Assembly: GCA_964187785.1 (NCBI GenBank)
Contig: OZ076413.1
Coordinates: 44,952,001 to 45,016,000, forward strand
Source: Amphiscolops sp. MND2022
Lineage: Eukaryota
Length of the DNA stretch: 64,000 nt
Direction: 5' to 3'
The notes under the pieces were generated by a model, which saw only the letters and a program-made list of their open reading frames with translations, ran no database searches and was not told the origin of the DNA. The position numbers and the translations under genes are program-made. This document shows positions 1-11,679 of the stretch, piece by piece. Numbering within the stretch: the stretch's first letter is position 1; every line of letters starts with the position of its first letter.

Positions 1-130
1 CCACTACGATCGCGTCGCGATCTCCGTTCCCGCTAGTTCTTTGCTCCTGTTCGACCTCGCTTTGCAAGATGGGATTATAAGCGGCCCCTAGGGGCAGCGG
101 GGCACTAGATGAAATGGGTCATATCCGACG
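1..130 (+). repeat. Fragment of a short interspersed repeat family (other copies at ~13298-13458 and ~24220-24405)
   Basis: ccactacgatcg..cgatctccgttcccgctag.tctttgc.cctgttcgacctcgctt.gcaagatggga..catatccga is near-identical at 13368-13452; the 24220-24405 copy shares its flanks. Confidence 0.8.
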
Positions 131-200
131 GTCAAAAACATGGTTTATTGAAAACGCTAGGTATTCTGAAAATTGTTCCTACAAAATTCGGCAAATTCAA

Positions 201-286
201 AGGGACAACTTGCCAAAAAATTGGCAAATTGTTGTTCACGTTCGACAATTTGGATTCGGCCAAATGTCTTTCGGCAAACTGTCCCT
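201..286. mobile_element. Small MITE-like element
   Basis: Terminal inverted repeats agggacaacttgcc (201) / ggcaaactgtccct (ends 286), with internal ggcaaat repeats. Confidence 0.5.
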
Positions 287-287
287 A

Positions 288-1300
288 ACCCACAATAATG
301 ACCTGCCAGATAACGTGTTTTTTTCACTTGCACTTCTTTTTGCGAACGACCTCAAACTTATTTGCAAAGTACATGACCATGCTTCTCTTCATGGCATCAA
401 TAAGTTAAAGGAAGGCGTACACAGCTTACATATTTGGAGCGATGCAACTTTCTTGTGTTTTAATACGAAGAAATGCGAGTACAAAGCTAACAGGAGGAAC
501 AAACCTGGAATCACCAACACGGCGTTTTCACTCGGAACAGAACCTGTCAGACCCACTAGCTCGGTAAGAGACCTTGATTTGATCATAAATGAAAACCTCG
601 ACTGGTCTGAACACATTGCAACCAGAGTTAACAGGGCGCGTAAAGTTTTATTTCTCCTCAGAAGAAACACTCCAAACTTACTATCATCTGAATCGAAAAG
701 CTGCCTCTCTAGATCGAATATCAACCCTACTTTACTATTTGCTTCTGAATGTTGATCTGCGTATAAGTCAAATGCGCACTTAATTGAAAGTCTTGGCCGT
801 AAAGCTTTGCGTTGGGTGAGCCCTAGACTAACTTATCGCGATTCTCTCCTTAAGAACAATTTACTGCCCCCTTTTTTTCAGGTTCTAAAAGACCTATTCC
901 TCTTCAATAAGATACTCAACGACAACTATGATGTCTTCCCGCATGCCTATCACATCACAGTCAACGACTCAAGATGGGAAAGAATTCTCCTTCTGACGTT
1001 TAAATATGAAATACAACAACAAGACTTCTGGTACCGGACTGCCTTCAGAAACAAGTTATCCAGAAACATGGATTTCTTTAACCCGACCCGACTGAAATCA
1101 AGACTTCTAGCTATGATGTGGAAATGATTCAAAACTCATTGATCTGAAACGATTCATGTAGTTGGACTTTTATTTGTATTTGTACAAACTGTCGTCAGAG
1201 GCCCTGGACAATTTAGGGAGCAATTCCTGCAGCACATGCTGCGAAGCCTTATTAACAATTATACTAAAAAAACTAATAATAATAATAATAATAATAATAA
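288..1300 (+). mobile_element. 3' fragment of a non-LTR retrotransposon (LINE), decayed RT C-terminus with (AAT)n tail
   Basis: NNDLP..LFANDLKL (degenerate YINDLP..FADD), FNTKKC, VRDLDLIINENLDWSEHI; stops and frameshifts; ends in (AAT)n at ~1274-1300. Confidence 0.85.
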
Positions 1301-3076
1301 AAATCAATGCCAAGTTCCCCGGGAAATGATTAAAATCATACCAAGTTCCTCAACCCCAGTTAGAATTAAAACCAAGTTACCTCTCATTATTAACAAAAAT
1401 AATACAAATAATAATTATTACAAGGCGGGTAACATGGTATTTTGGATGCAACTTGGTTTTGATTTTTACACTATTTCTTAAGAAGGTTAGAGCAGTAGTC
1501 ACTTCACTCATACAATTTCATAAAATTTCTACACTTGCTTCGAAGGCATAAATCGAACAGTAACTTTAATTATGTACTCAAAGTGGCATAACTATCCTAT
1601 TTTGCCCATCCTAAATCAGGGGAGTCGATTGCACATAAAATTTTTCTAAAATTTCAGGCAAAAGTTGACTAAAAGTGAGAAAAACCTCAATTTTGACCTA
1701 AATTTGGTTCAAAATGGCCTATCCTAACTTCTACAATTTTCATCGCATAACCTTCAAATAAACATAACCTTAATAAACAAGTATTAAGGTATCATAATTT
1801 GTGTTCATAATGTTTTCTACTCTAAAAATGTATATAACTTTTGTTTTATACCGTTCTCTTCAGAATTGACAATACATTCTTGCCAAATAGTTGTTTTTGT
1901 ACTCAGACATAATATTGCAGTTATGTGAGTGTCTCCCTTTATTGATTTCAAGCAGTTTTGGTTTTCATAATTTTCCAGTTTTGAGACCCGAAGGAGGCCA
2001 CGTTCTCGTCGTGGGTCTTGTCAAGTGCGATACTATGTATCTCATGAGCTGAGTGCCTCCCTAAAAATACAGCATAAGGACTCCGGTAAGCAAGTTCTGT
2101 GAACTATGTGCACAGGTAGCTGCCATGTCCGACATTCTTATTACATTTTGTCTCTTGAAATATGGTTTTCATAGTTATCATTCAGTTCGCCTGTCTTTTT
2201 TTATTTGTCATCGGTCGGGAGCTCAAACAATTTCAATTTCATGAAAAATTTTATGAAATTTACTTTTTGATATCTTCCTGAGAACACGTGAAACAACGCC
2301 TTCATGAATCATTTTTAGAGTTTCGTATATCATCAATTGAGAGCCCTCTGGGGAAAAACAAATTCCTGTTAGGTGGGTAAAACAAAAAGGGTTTCATTTT
2401 TAAAACTATAGCTATCTTTAGAGTTTTAGCTAAAATTGCCAAAAAAATTGGACTTGGCTACTGAGGGAAACTAATTTGTTGGAGGAACTAACAAAAAAGG
2501 CCCTTGGTTTCAAATAAGTGCACTGAAATCAACTTAATACGTAATTGAACAGCGTCATTTATTGAACATTTCGAGGTATTCCTGAGAGCACTGTTTGTTT
2601 GTCATCGGTTGAGAGCCATTCGGGAAAACGTATATTGCCTATCATTATTTTTCTTTTTATCTTTCCATGCCTTTTTTCATCAAGTTGTAACGAACTTCCG
2701 CTAGTTTGATTCACAATAAATTGAGTCAATACAGGATGTGTATGCTGGCCTCAATTCTAATCAAGTATTCTAATCAAGAGCTGCCTCAAATTTAATAATC
2801 TTCGCTAATTTGTCAGGTGTAAACTGGCGTCACCTCTCATGTGTGAATAGCCCACAATGTGTTGCCTTTAAGGTTCGCAAAGCGGTATTAATTTGAAGAC
2901 TCATTTATGAGGCTAGGGTGAGGAAACACATGTTGATGAAGTTACCATTTCTCTAATAACTCTTTTTCAAAAACTACGAATCATTATTCACCTTGCAACT
3001 CAACTGATTAGTTACGTTCTCCAAATTACATCTCGTTTGTGTTTTACAACAAAGTTCTGATTCACGTGAAATAAAA

Positions 3077-4942
3077 ATGCCTACCTTGAGAAATCAGAAC
3101 AAGAGTCGTCCTGTTACCCGACAAAAAGATCAGAAAGTCATCAGCCCTCGTGCTCCTGAAAAAAAAGGAAAAAAACAACTGGAAAACAAGACTCGACCAA
3201 CAACACGTCGCACACGTGCTCAGGCAAAAGAGCTGGTAAGAGAAACTGAAATTCAGGGCGATGAGGACCAGACCCCTAGAACTTTGACAAAAGAAGTTCA
3301 ACATGAACACGATGTCATCAATAGTAGGCCTTCAGAGCAGACTAGAGAAACTGAAATCCAAAGTGATGACGACCAGACCTTTAGAACTTTGACAAATGAA
3401 GTTCAACAGGAACATAATGTCCTTCAGAGCAGGCATTCAGAGCAGGCAACCTCTTTACCAGAGGAAATTAGAATTCAGACAACAAGCGAATCTGAAATCC
3501 AGACCACTGGAGACCAGACGCCAAACACTTTGGCAGATGAGGTTCAATATGAACATGATGTCCTTCAGAGCAGGCCTTCAGAGCAGGCAACATCTTTACC
3601 AGAGGAAAATAGAAATCAGACATCAAGCGAACCAGAAAGCCAGATCGATAATTGTCGGCCCGATTTAGTGTTGGGTCAACTTGACGCCCATTTTACCAAA
3701 ATGTTCATCGATGTCGGGATGAAGAGTAGTCACAAGTATTGCTCGCCCCCAGATGATTTCTTCAAACTTGTCCAAAACCCCAAAGTAAGACCCTTATCCG
3801 AACAACTGATGCAGTCATATGCGTCTTCGTTTGAGTACGTCAAATACCAAGAAATAGATGGGTACTTTTCTGACCAAAAAGAAATCTGTGTGAAAGCAAG
3901 AAAAAATTTTCCAAAGATGTGGACAATTACGGGCCTAGACGGCTACCTAGCCGATGTTCCTTGTGGGGTTGAAGTCCCGGAATTCTCTCTTTTTGGATCT
4001 AACAGGAACGGGAAAGAAAAAATAATGCTTGGGCCAGCATCCTTTGTCAACCATGCCTGTACGCCAAACGCTCGGTTTATATGCGGCGGAGAGACCCGCG
4101 GAAAGACGATTGTCAGAATCGAAACCCTTCGTCACATTAATGCTGACGAAGAGATCTTCGTGAAATACTCCGAAGACTACTTTGGCCCCAACAATATTGA
4201 TTGTCGTTGTTCAGCTTGCCTCGAGAAGCTCTTTGCCCCGCCATTGCATGAGGTAGGCAGCAGCTCCATATCCGACATGCCAGCTTCAGAATCGCAGCCC
4301 GCAGCTGATGAAGGAAGCAACACCCTTCGGCCAGGATCACCTACTCTTTTCGAAGCACCAGATGAGTCTGATGGCAGACAACATGAGAATGAGACATGCA
4401 GCAGCTCCGCATCGGACGCGCCACATCTTGAAATGCCTGATGAATTTGATGGTGAGTCTGGGGGCTATACCATTCCACACGCCTCCGAAATTAAAAGGCC
4501 ACAGCCCCAGACCAGCAGATCAAAGAAAGTGAAATACGACGAAATCATGGAATGCCTGATTTGTGAGGTAAAGTGCAAAAGAATGGACAAACACTTGTTA
4601 TCCTCACACCCAGAGCTATCAAAGGAAGAAGTGAGAACACTAAAGGTTAAAAAATTGATTTTTTCAATGCTAAATAAAATGTTTTTTGACTTTTCGAGAC
4701 ACCTAAAAAATACGTCTATTTTATTCTAACTTCGAAAAAGTTTCAATGAGTCTAAATAACATTATGAAAAATTTCTCGTATTTTGAAGCCAAATTCTCAT
4801 TCCGCATCTGTGCCTACAGGACTTCCTACGAACGCGGAGGGCTCACGCAAACAAGAAAATCTTCTACTGTGAAGAACATTGCCGAACATTTGTTGACAAG
4901 CGATCCCACAAGACCGAACTTGCGAAGTGGAATCCGGCATGA
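3077..4942 (+). CDS. Suv4-20/KMT5B-like SET-domain histone lysine methyltransferase with C2H2-type finger; exons 3077-4645 and 4820-4942, ~563 aa
   Basis: EFSLFGSNRNGKEKIMLGPASFVNHACTPNARF..LRHINADEEIFVKYSEDYFGPNNIDCRCSAC matches the Suv4-20 signature (LGPAAFINHDC..EEI..YG..FFGENN..CxCxxC); CLIC-x10-H-x4-H finger; the phase-0 GT..AG intron 4646-4819 joins VRTLK to DFLRTRRAHANKKIFYCEEHC. Confidence 0.88.
3241..3640 (+). repeat. Three in-frame coding tandem repeats (~35-48 aa, acidic) in the SET protein N-terminus
   Basis: EIQ..DQTP.TL..EVQ.EHDV..SRPSEQ occurs three times; ATSLPEE.R.QT.SE occurs twice. Confidence 0.9.
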
Positions 4943-6594
4943 ACGCTGTTAAGGGCAAACAAGCACTGAAAACAGTTCTAGCTATTTTGTTCGGAAACAC
5001 TTTAGCACTGACAAAACCGAAAGTCCTAACGGCTGCAGTGAACAGGTACTTCATAATTTCTTATTATATGAATAACTCAAAAACCTAATTATTCCCTCAC
5101 AACAACCAAAGTTCGAAAACCAATTGTTTGTTTAACTTGTCCTCGACTTTGGGAAAAGTAGTTTTAGGAAAACACTTTTTATTTTGCAGGCTAGGAGAAA
5201 GACGTAAATGGTCAACCCAGTCCTTGGTTCTGTATTTGACCCATTTCCGAATGTTCGTCAAATATGTCCATGCATACGAGCGAAGCAGTTACCCATTCGA
5301 TCTCGAGTGTATGCTGCATGCCATCAACGAACTGAGGACTTCAGTGTCGCATGATTTGGCAAAAAGCAGACGGAAGGCAAAGAGGGCAATGTTTGCCAAA
5401 GTCCCCTCTCATGCATTGCTCCGATTGCGCAAACAGAACGTGATCGATCTGCTAAAGAAAGACTTGGAGGAAAAGAAGCTGAACTTGCAGCAGCTGAAGG
5501 CACTGAACTTCTTTCTGATGCAGGTGCGGTTGAACACAAGATCGGGACCTCTTCTGAAGTTGAAATGGAAGCAATTCGAGAACATCCTGAAGAAAGGGCT
5601 GACATTGGAAACAGATGATCACAAGACTGGCCATGTGTATGACGTCTGCTTGCGGCTGGAAAAAGATCAGATTCAATTCTTTGAAGAGATGCGATCTCGG
5701 ACAGTAGAACTGTACGGCCATGAAACGGAGTTTGTCTTTTCCAACTCCAAGTTCACGCAAGAGACGAGAATGGCCCAACTCTTGTGTATGACGTTTCAAG
5801 AACTTTTCGGCGACGATCCTGATGAAGTTAGGTTCAATGCTAACTCCGTGCGCAAGTTCTGGGAAAAAAGAATTCAGGCAATTGGAATTCCCTCCAACCT
5901 TATGAACGCGCATCTAGCCCAAACAGCGCACGCGCAGAAAACGGCGGACATGCATTATGTCGGGCTCGAAGCAGAAGACAGGGGCAAATTGATGGACCTG
6001 TACAATAAAGATCTGAATGAGGAAGTTGAAGACGACAATGTGGATTCCAGCGACACGGATTCCCTTGAAAGCGATGAAGATACTGGTACTTGCGTCCCCT
6101 CAGAAGAACCTTGCCCCCCATCAACGTCTTCGGCCAGACCCACAAGGGCAATTGCGGCAAGTGTAGAAGTTGAAGTTGAGCCACCGCAGCCCAGTTCACC
6201 AGTTCCTGCCCCCAGACCACGATCACTGGGAAGAATTAGCCTCAATTCAACGTGTGACCTGCGAATGGGGAGCCCCAGATCTACAAAGAGACAACTCGAG
6301 GCTCATGAATCTCCTGCAGCAAAAATAGCAAAACCAGATAACAAGAAACTCTCAAAGCGGGAAAAATTCATAAAGTCAATGAAAAAATTTAGAGATACCA
6401 AAAATCACATCTGGACAGAGGAGGAAAAGAAAGCTTGTGAAGCGTTCTATACAGCAAACAACTCAATTGTCCTCAAAGATGTCAGAGAAACATTGAAAGA
6501 AGTTGACATAGAGCTTAGCGATTGTTCGTACAAGTTCATTTACGCCAAAATAAAATCTGCTTTCCAAGTGGCAGAGTCAGCTACAACTGTCTAA
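4939..6594 (+). CDS. Tyrosine recombinase (Crypton-like/eukaryotic YR) with C-terminal Myb/SANT-like domain; exons 4939-5045 and 5190-6594, ~503 aa
   Basis: Catalytic residues in YR order: R (NTRSGPLLKLKW), K (DDHKTG), R (NANSVRK), H and Y (LAQTAHAQKTADMHY); phase-2 intron AG|gtactt..ttttgcag|G; C-terminal HIWTEEEKKAC..IYAKIKS; AATAAA at ~6660. Confidence 0.82.
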
Positions 6595-7774
6595 GAACGT
6601 AGCTGCTTGAGAAAAAAACTGATTCATACAATACAATGATCAATATTCATACATTAATCAATAAATTTTCTTGTCTGAAATAAAATTTTCCCTAGTGAAA
6701 GATGATTAAAAAGAAGAGAGCGTTTGTCATCGGCCGCGAGCTCGTGACAGCAATCACTCACGTATTATTAAGTAATCTGTAAACGAATCATTTGTCATCA
6801 GCAGGTGACCCGATGCAAAAAAGACGGGTATGTGGTGTTATTTTCAAACGGGGGGATTTGACGTTGAAAAAATTTCCTAAAACCGAGCTATAGACCGCTT
6901 ATGTATTTAGTAAATTTTGAAACCAAACATGGCTAAACACGTAGAAGGGACCTTTGGTGTTTTTAAAGGTTGATATCTGAACGCCCCCCCCGCCCTCAAT
7001 GCCGCCAGTGGGCCGTCATACCCGATAAGAATTAGCAATCAGTGATTATTAAATTAATTAGAATGCAAATGAAAAGCAATGAATTTTTCGAATTAGATGC
7101 AAATTACTGAAAATTTGATGCGAAGATGTTATTTTCCAGCCAGAAGCCGGGGGGGATAAAAGCCCGATGGAATTGCAGGTGTTCCATCCGCATTGAATAG
7201 GTTTTCTAAGATATACTTTGTAACATTTAATAAGAACACCTACCCTTCATATACCTCAAAATCAGCTAATTGTAACTTGCTTACTTCTGGTCTCAGAAAA
7301 ATTTAAAAAACACTATTGTAAACTAGATCAAATTCTAAGACATTTTTGTTCCTCATGTTTTTTAAAATACTCAAGTGATTTCGAGCAATTCGAGCATAAA
7401 TTCCGCCAGAAGACACGGTTCTATATCACAGTTCTCTATACTTACAGATCAGTAGAAGCATAATTAGCACGTACGAATGGGTGACTAATGTGCAAACACA
7501 CAAGACGCAAAATTGCGTAATTGGCATGTGTTGTCACCACTGTGCTATGATTAATACATGTATCAGTGGCGTTAACACATACAAAGTACGTACTCTGTTC
7601 AAATTGTGTGTGTCAAGCAGTGATTTCCAAACAGTTTCATCTTCCTACACGTTATATAGCAGATCAAATTCATTCAGACTTTATATTCAAAGTCTTGCTT
7701 TCCTCCTTCTGCTTACTTTGTTATTGCTTAATTCGTGGATTCTTCCTTACATTATTCCAACAATCGATTATAAA

Positions 7775-10700
7775 ATGGACCAACCTGGACCAAGTGCGAC
7801 TGTTGCAAGTAAGTTTTCAATAATTTGCCAAGAAACTGTACACATTGTAAAATATCATATAAAGGGTGAATTCTCAAATAGAATAAGAGCAAATAACATA
7901 CAAACAAAATTAGTTTCAAATAACATAAAAGTGAAATGAGTTTCGCTAAAAATAAAAATACATATATGTAGAATTGTTTACGAGAAAGTTTTAGTTGTCA
8001 AAAGCATTCACAATTCAAAAGATTCACTCAAAAAGGTGTGGAAATTACAGATAACATTTTCCGAGTTCGATTGTTTAACCGGGTATTCGGTTTTATTTTT
8101 ATGTTATTTGAAACTAATTTTATTTTCATGTTATTTGAAAGTAATTTCGTTTTTATGTTATTTGCTCAAATGTTATTTGGTACGTAATCATAAAAAGAAT
8201 TCAAAAAGTTCAAGTAAGATTTTATAACAGGGATAGTTTTCCAAATTTGAAGTGAGATTAGACCATGATACCATAGCCCCCGCGAGGTACACTTTCTTGA
8301 TCACGTACCGAATATCATAGGATCATTTTAGGAGCAAATAACATAAACGAAATTATTCTCATTGAACATGAAATCGAAATTATCTTTATACAACTTAAAA
8401 CTATACCCGGTTAAACAATCATAGTCACGATATTGGGCTCTTTTCTGTTCCCCCCACCACCAACATTTTTTTCGAAAAATTAGACATATCATAACCAAAA
8501 CACTTGAATACCAACCAGAAACCTTCAATTTGGTGGTTGCGGGGAAAGCAGGAAAGAGCCCGAAATTGCAATTGTACCTTTCATACTTTTTCAGTGAAAC
8601 TTTTGTAATATGAATACTTTCGACCACCAAAATTTCTGGTGAACCATTGTATTTTTATGTTTAGTGAGATCAACTTCATTTTTGTTATTTGAAACTAGTT
8701 TTGTTATTTCATGATTTTTTTCGAAAATTTATAGGAACAAATAGAAAAGCTTATCAGTTATTAGTATTTTTTACACCCGAAAAGTTGCAAGCGATTATGT
8801 GGCTCCCAACCGATGACAAAGCGTATGTAACAAATAACTAAGTAACAAATCCAATGCTTTCAAATCTTTCGTTTAGAATATCGATGCAGTAATGGGTCTT
8901 GCGGCTACCAAACAAACAAGGCTTCAAACTTCAAGCGGCATTCGAACAATTGCAAAGGTATTCCATTGGCAGAGTGGAAAGAATTGCAGAAGACCTGCCC
9001 CACTTGTGGGCAAAAGCTAATGACAAAAAGCAATAGGGTCAAACACGAGAAGAACGCAGCCTATTGTAGTCAACAAGCAGGGAAAGGAACGATGCGGCAA
9101 TACAGTAAGTTCATCTTTTCGAATCATATGGCTGAGATATGAAAAAAATTACATGACATGGTAAACATTATTTTTGAACAAGTAGTTCTCCTGAGCGTGA
9201 AAACGATTTCCATTCTTATCCACTTACGCAACAAACAATATATCTTTCAGAAGCTGCCAGGGGACTGAGGCGACATTCTTACAACTGTGAAAAATGTGGC
9301 AAGTCATATGCTTACCGATTTGACCTGAAGAACCACATTGCACGATCCCCAGGTTGTCAGCCTGTGAAAGTCAAAATGCCAGCTGACCTCCAGTTCACCG
9401 CCCTCCCACCCGCTCCTTTTGGAACAAAGGAGTTCTTCAAATTCTGCGAGGACGTTCCCATGTCTGCAACATTTGACATTGCGGAATGGGATGGAAAAGT
9501 GGAGCACCAAATCCCCAAATTCAGAAACCTTGTACGGCAACAAATTCCACTGGTTTGGAAAAACGGCGTGAACTGGTGCGAGGGTCTGAAGGTCCCAAGT
9601 TCATCAAACGGCACCTTCCCTGAATTCGTCGACGATCTCCTCAAACCCGAGAACTTACAGTTTCCTCACCTCTGTTTGGAAGCCAAGTCCGCAAAACTTG
9701 GAGAGGTAACTTATTCGACTATTCATTCATTTTTTTTCGCAATTGAAAAAAGTGACACCTTAGCGGCCAAGTTACCCTCCTGATTTGGTAACTTGGTTTT
9801 CAATAATTCGGGTGTCTATGGTAAAGTGGTCTCGATTTTTACCTCGGTGTCTATGGTAAAGTGGTCCTGATTTTTATCTCTTTGTCTAAAGTAAAGTGGT
9901 CCTGATTTTACCACCGTAAAAATCAGGACCACTTTACCATAGGCACCCAAATTATTGAAAACCAAGTTACCAAACCAGGACGGAACTATTCGACAAGAAA
10001 GTAACATTTAATTCGAATCCCGAAGTTAAAACTATAAAACACATATTCTGTTTAGACACGATCAATGAACGTCCGGGACTTTGTGTCGGAGTTGAGAAGT
10101 GGCAGTGAGGACTCCAAGTATTACCCGATGAATGTCATAGACATCCAACTCCAAATCGGGGTACGTTTAGTTTTTGTGCTTGTTTTTTGGAAAGGATACA
10201 AATACTTTGCGAAAGAGTCTCTAAAACAATTTCAGCATTTCACGCCAAAACATCCTGGCGTTTTTGTCAGATACGTTTGAAGAAAGGATACTATACTGAA
10301 TTTGAGTTTAGTCTTTAACTGGAGAAAAAAATCATTTTTTTCTACTTCTCTTAGTTTTACTTGATTTGGTCTCTTAGTTTCACTTGATTTGGTCTTATTC
10401 TCTTCTAAAATTCGTTGGCTATTTCAGACAATTTACTCGCTTCCCAAGATGGTCACTGACATGTCGATGAGCCACTTTGTTGACCAATCGTTGGACTTGT
10501 CAAATCAACCCTACTCTGGCTCGACAGGCTATTACCTGCTGATTTCTCAAAACGGTTGTCAGACCACATGGCACCAAGATTTCTCAGCGACTTCAGTGTT
10601 TTACACTGTAATCAGAGGCGAGAAGATCTTCTTTGTGGTCAAACCAACGTCCAAGAACGAGCGGTTGTTCCAACGCTGGAGTGACTCTGAGTCTGATGAG

Positions 10701-11638
10701 TGGTATGTTCTTCTTTTGATTTGTTTTTCATCTGATCTCTGAGTTTTTGTACCGATGGTATAGATTGATTATAATTTTGCATATTGTAGGCCCATCAAAA
10801 ATTAATGGTTTGTGAGTATTCCTTGATTTGTTCCAGCCCAACTTTCTTCGGTTGTCTTCAAAACTTAGAGGGTGGATGCTACCGAGTTTCGTTGAGGGCT
10901 GGGGATTGCCTGATGATGCCAGCTCAGTATATACACTTCGTTCTGACTAGAGGAGATTCAGTTGCTGTTGGGACAAACTTCCTCTCGATGGGTCATCTTC
11001 CCCTTATTATCAAGAAGATGAAGGAGGAGTTCTTCGAAGTCAGCGACGTTGAAAGGTTTCCCGGTTTACCAGACATGTTTGCTCTCTTCCTCTACCAGTC
11101 AGTTGGCAAACTGACGTTCAACTTGACAGAGGATGTCCAACAGTTGATGGAGGAAATCAGGCAACTCTATGTCGAAGAAAACGTCAAAACCGTTAGTTTT
11201 GTTATCCATTTCATCAAATATAACTCTTCCTGGCTCTCGACTGATGACAAACTGTTGTTGTCTTTTTTATCAAATTGTTCTGCATGACAATTTTCTATTT
11301 AGTTTTGCCCCGGATTCAGCCGCGAAAACCTTGAAAGAAGGGTTTCAATTTACCTGTCGAAGAAACGAAGATCGTGCGAAACAACTACCCAGACTGGGCG
11401 GTTTCTTCTACCCAGGTCGTCAGCCCCAATGAGGACAAGGCGGAAGAACGAGGCAGAGATTCCCGAGTTGCTTTCGGAGCGAGAGGAGCCAGCTTCGAAG
11501 TCATTTGAAACGCCAGTCAGCAACGTTGATCTGATTTTGGCTGAATCTCTACCTCCAGATTTTAACGACTCTCAGTTCAAGCCCAGTAGATGCAAAACTG
11601 TAGACTTTTTGAAAGGAGCCAATTTCTGCAAACTGTAA
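7775..11638 (+). CDS. Zinc finger x3 + JmjC histone demethylase (KDM7/PHF8/KDM2-like), 7 exons, ~595 aa
   Basis: Exons 7775-7808, 8877-9104, 9251-9705, 10056-10160, 10428-10702, 10837-11191, 11303-11638 join with GT-AG and matching phases into one open frame; fingers CSNGSC..H..C, CPTC..H..C, CEKC..H..C; JmjC motifs TTWHQDFSATSVFYTVIRGEKIF and LRAGDCLMMPAQYIHFVLTRGDSVAVGTNFL (HxD..H iron ligands, 2-OG Lys). Confidence 0.88.
9771..9986. mobile_element. Hairpin MITE in intron 3 of the JmjC gene
   Basis: ~70-bp inverted arms (tcctgatttggtaacttggttttcaataattcgggtgtctatggtaaagtggtc / reverse complement at ~9917-9986); a second partial copy at 12281-12350. Confidence 0.8.
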
Positions 11639-11679
11639 AAGTACTTTTCACCTTTGTTTCGTTTCTCCTTAATTTCTGA

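Larger units (their letters stand above)
2204..11251. promoter_or_regulatory. Dispersed 20-bp motif TTTGTCATCRGYYGRGAGCY, putative protein-binding site
   Basis: Copies: 2204-2223 (+), 2598-2617 (+), 6723-6742 (+), 8801-8820 (-), 11232-11251 (-); degenerate at ~2326-2345 and 6791-6810; all intergenic or intronic. Confidence 0.65.

Noticed and set aside
5128..5189. ORF-track start of the YR protein; prophage integrase interpretation
   Set aside because: This stretch lies in the intron ending ttttgcag at 5189; spliceosomal introns and linked histone modifiers argue against bacterial or phage origin
7481..7939. 152-aa ORF
   Set aside because: Only 7775-7808 (MDQPGPSATVA, followed by GTAAGT) fits as coding exon 1 of the JmjC gene; the rest has no recognisable features
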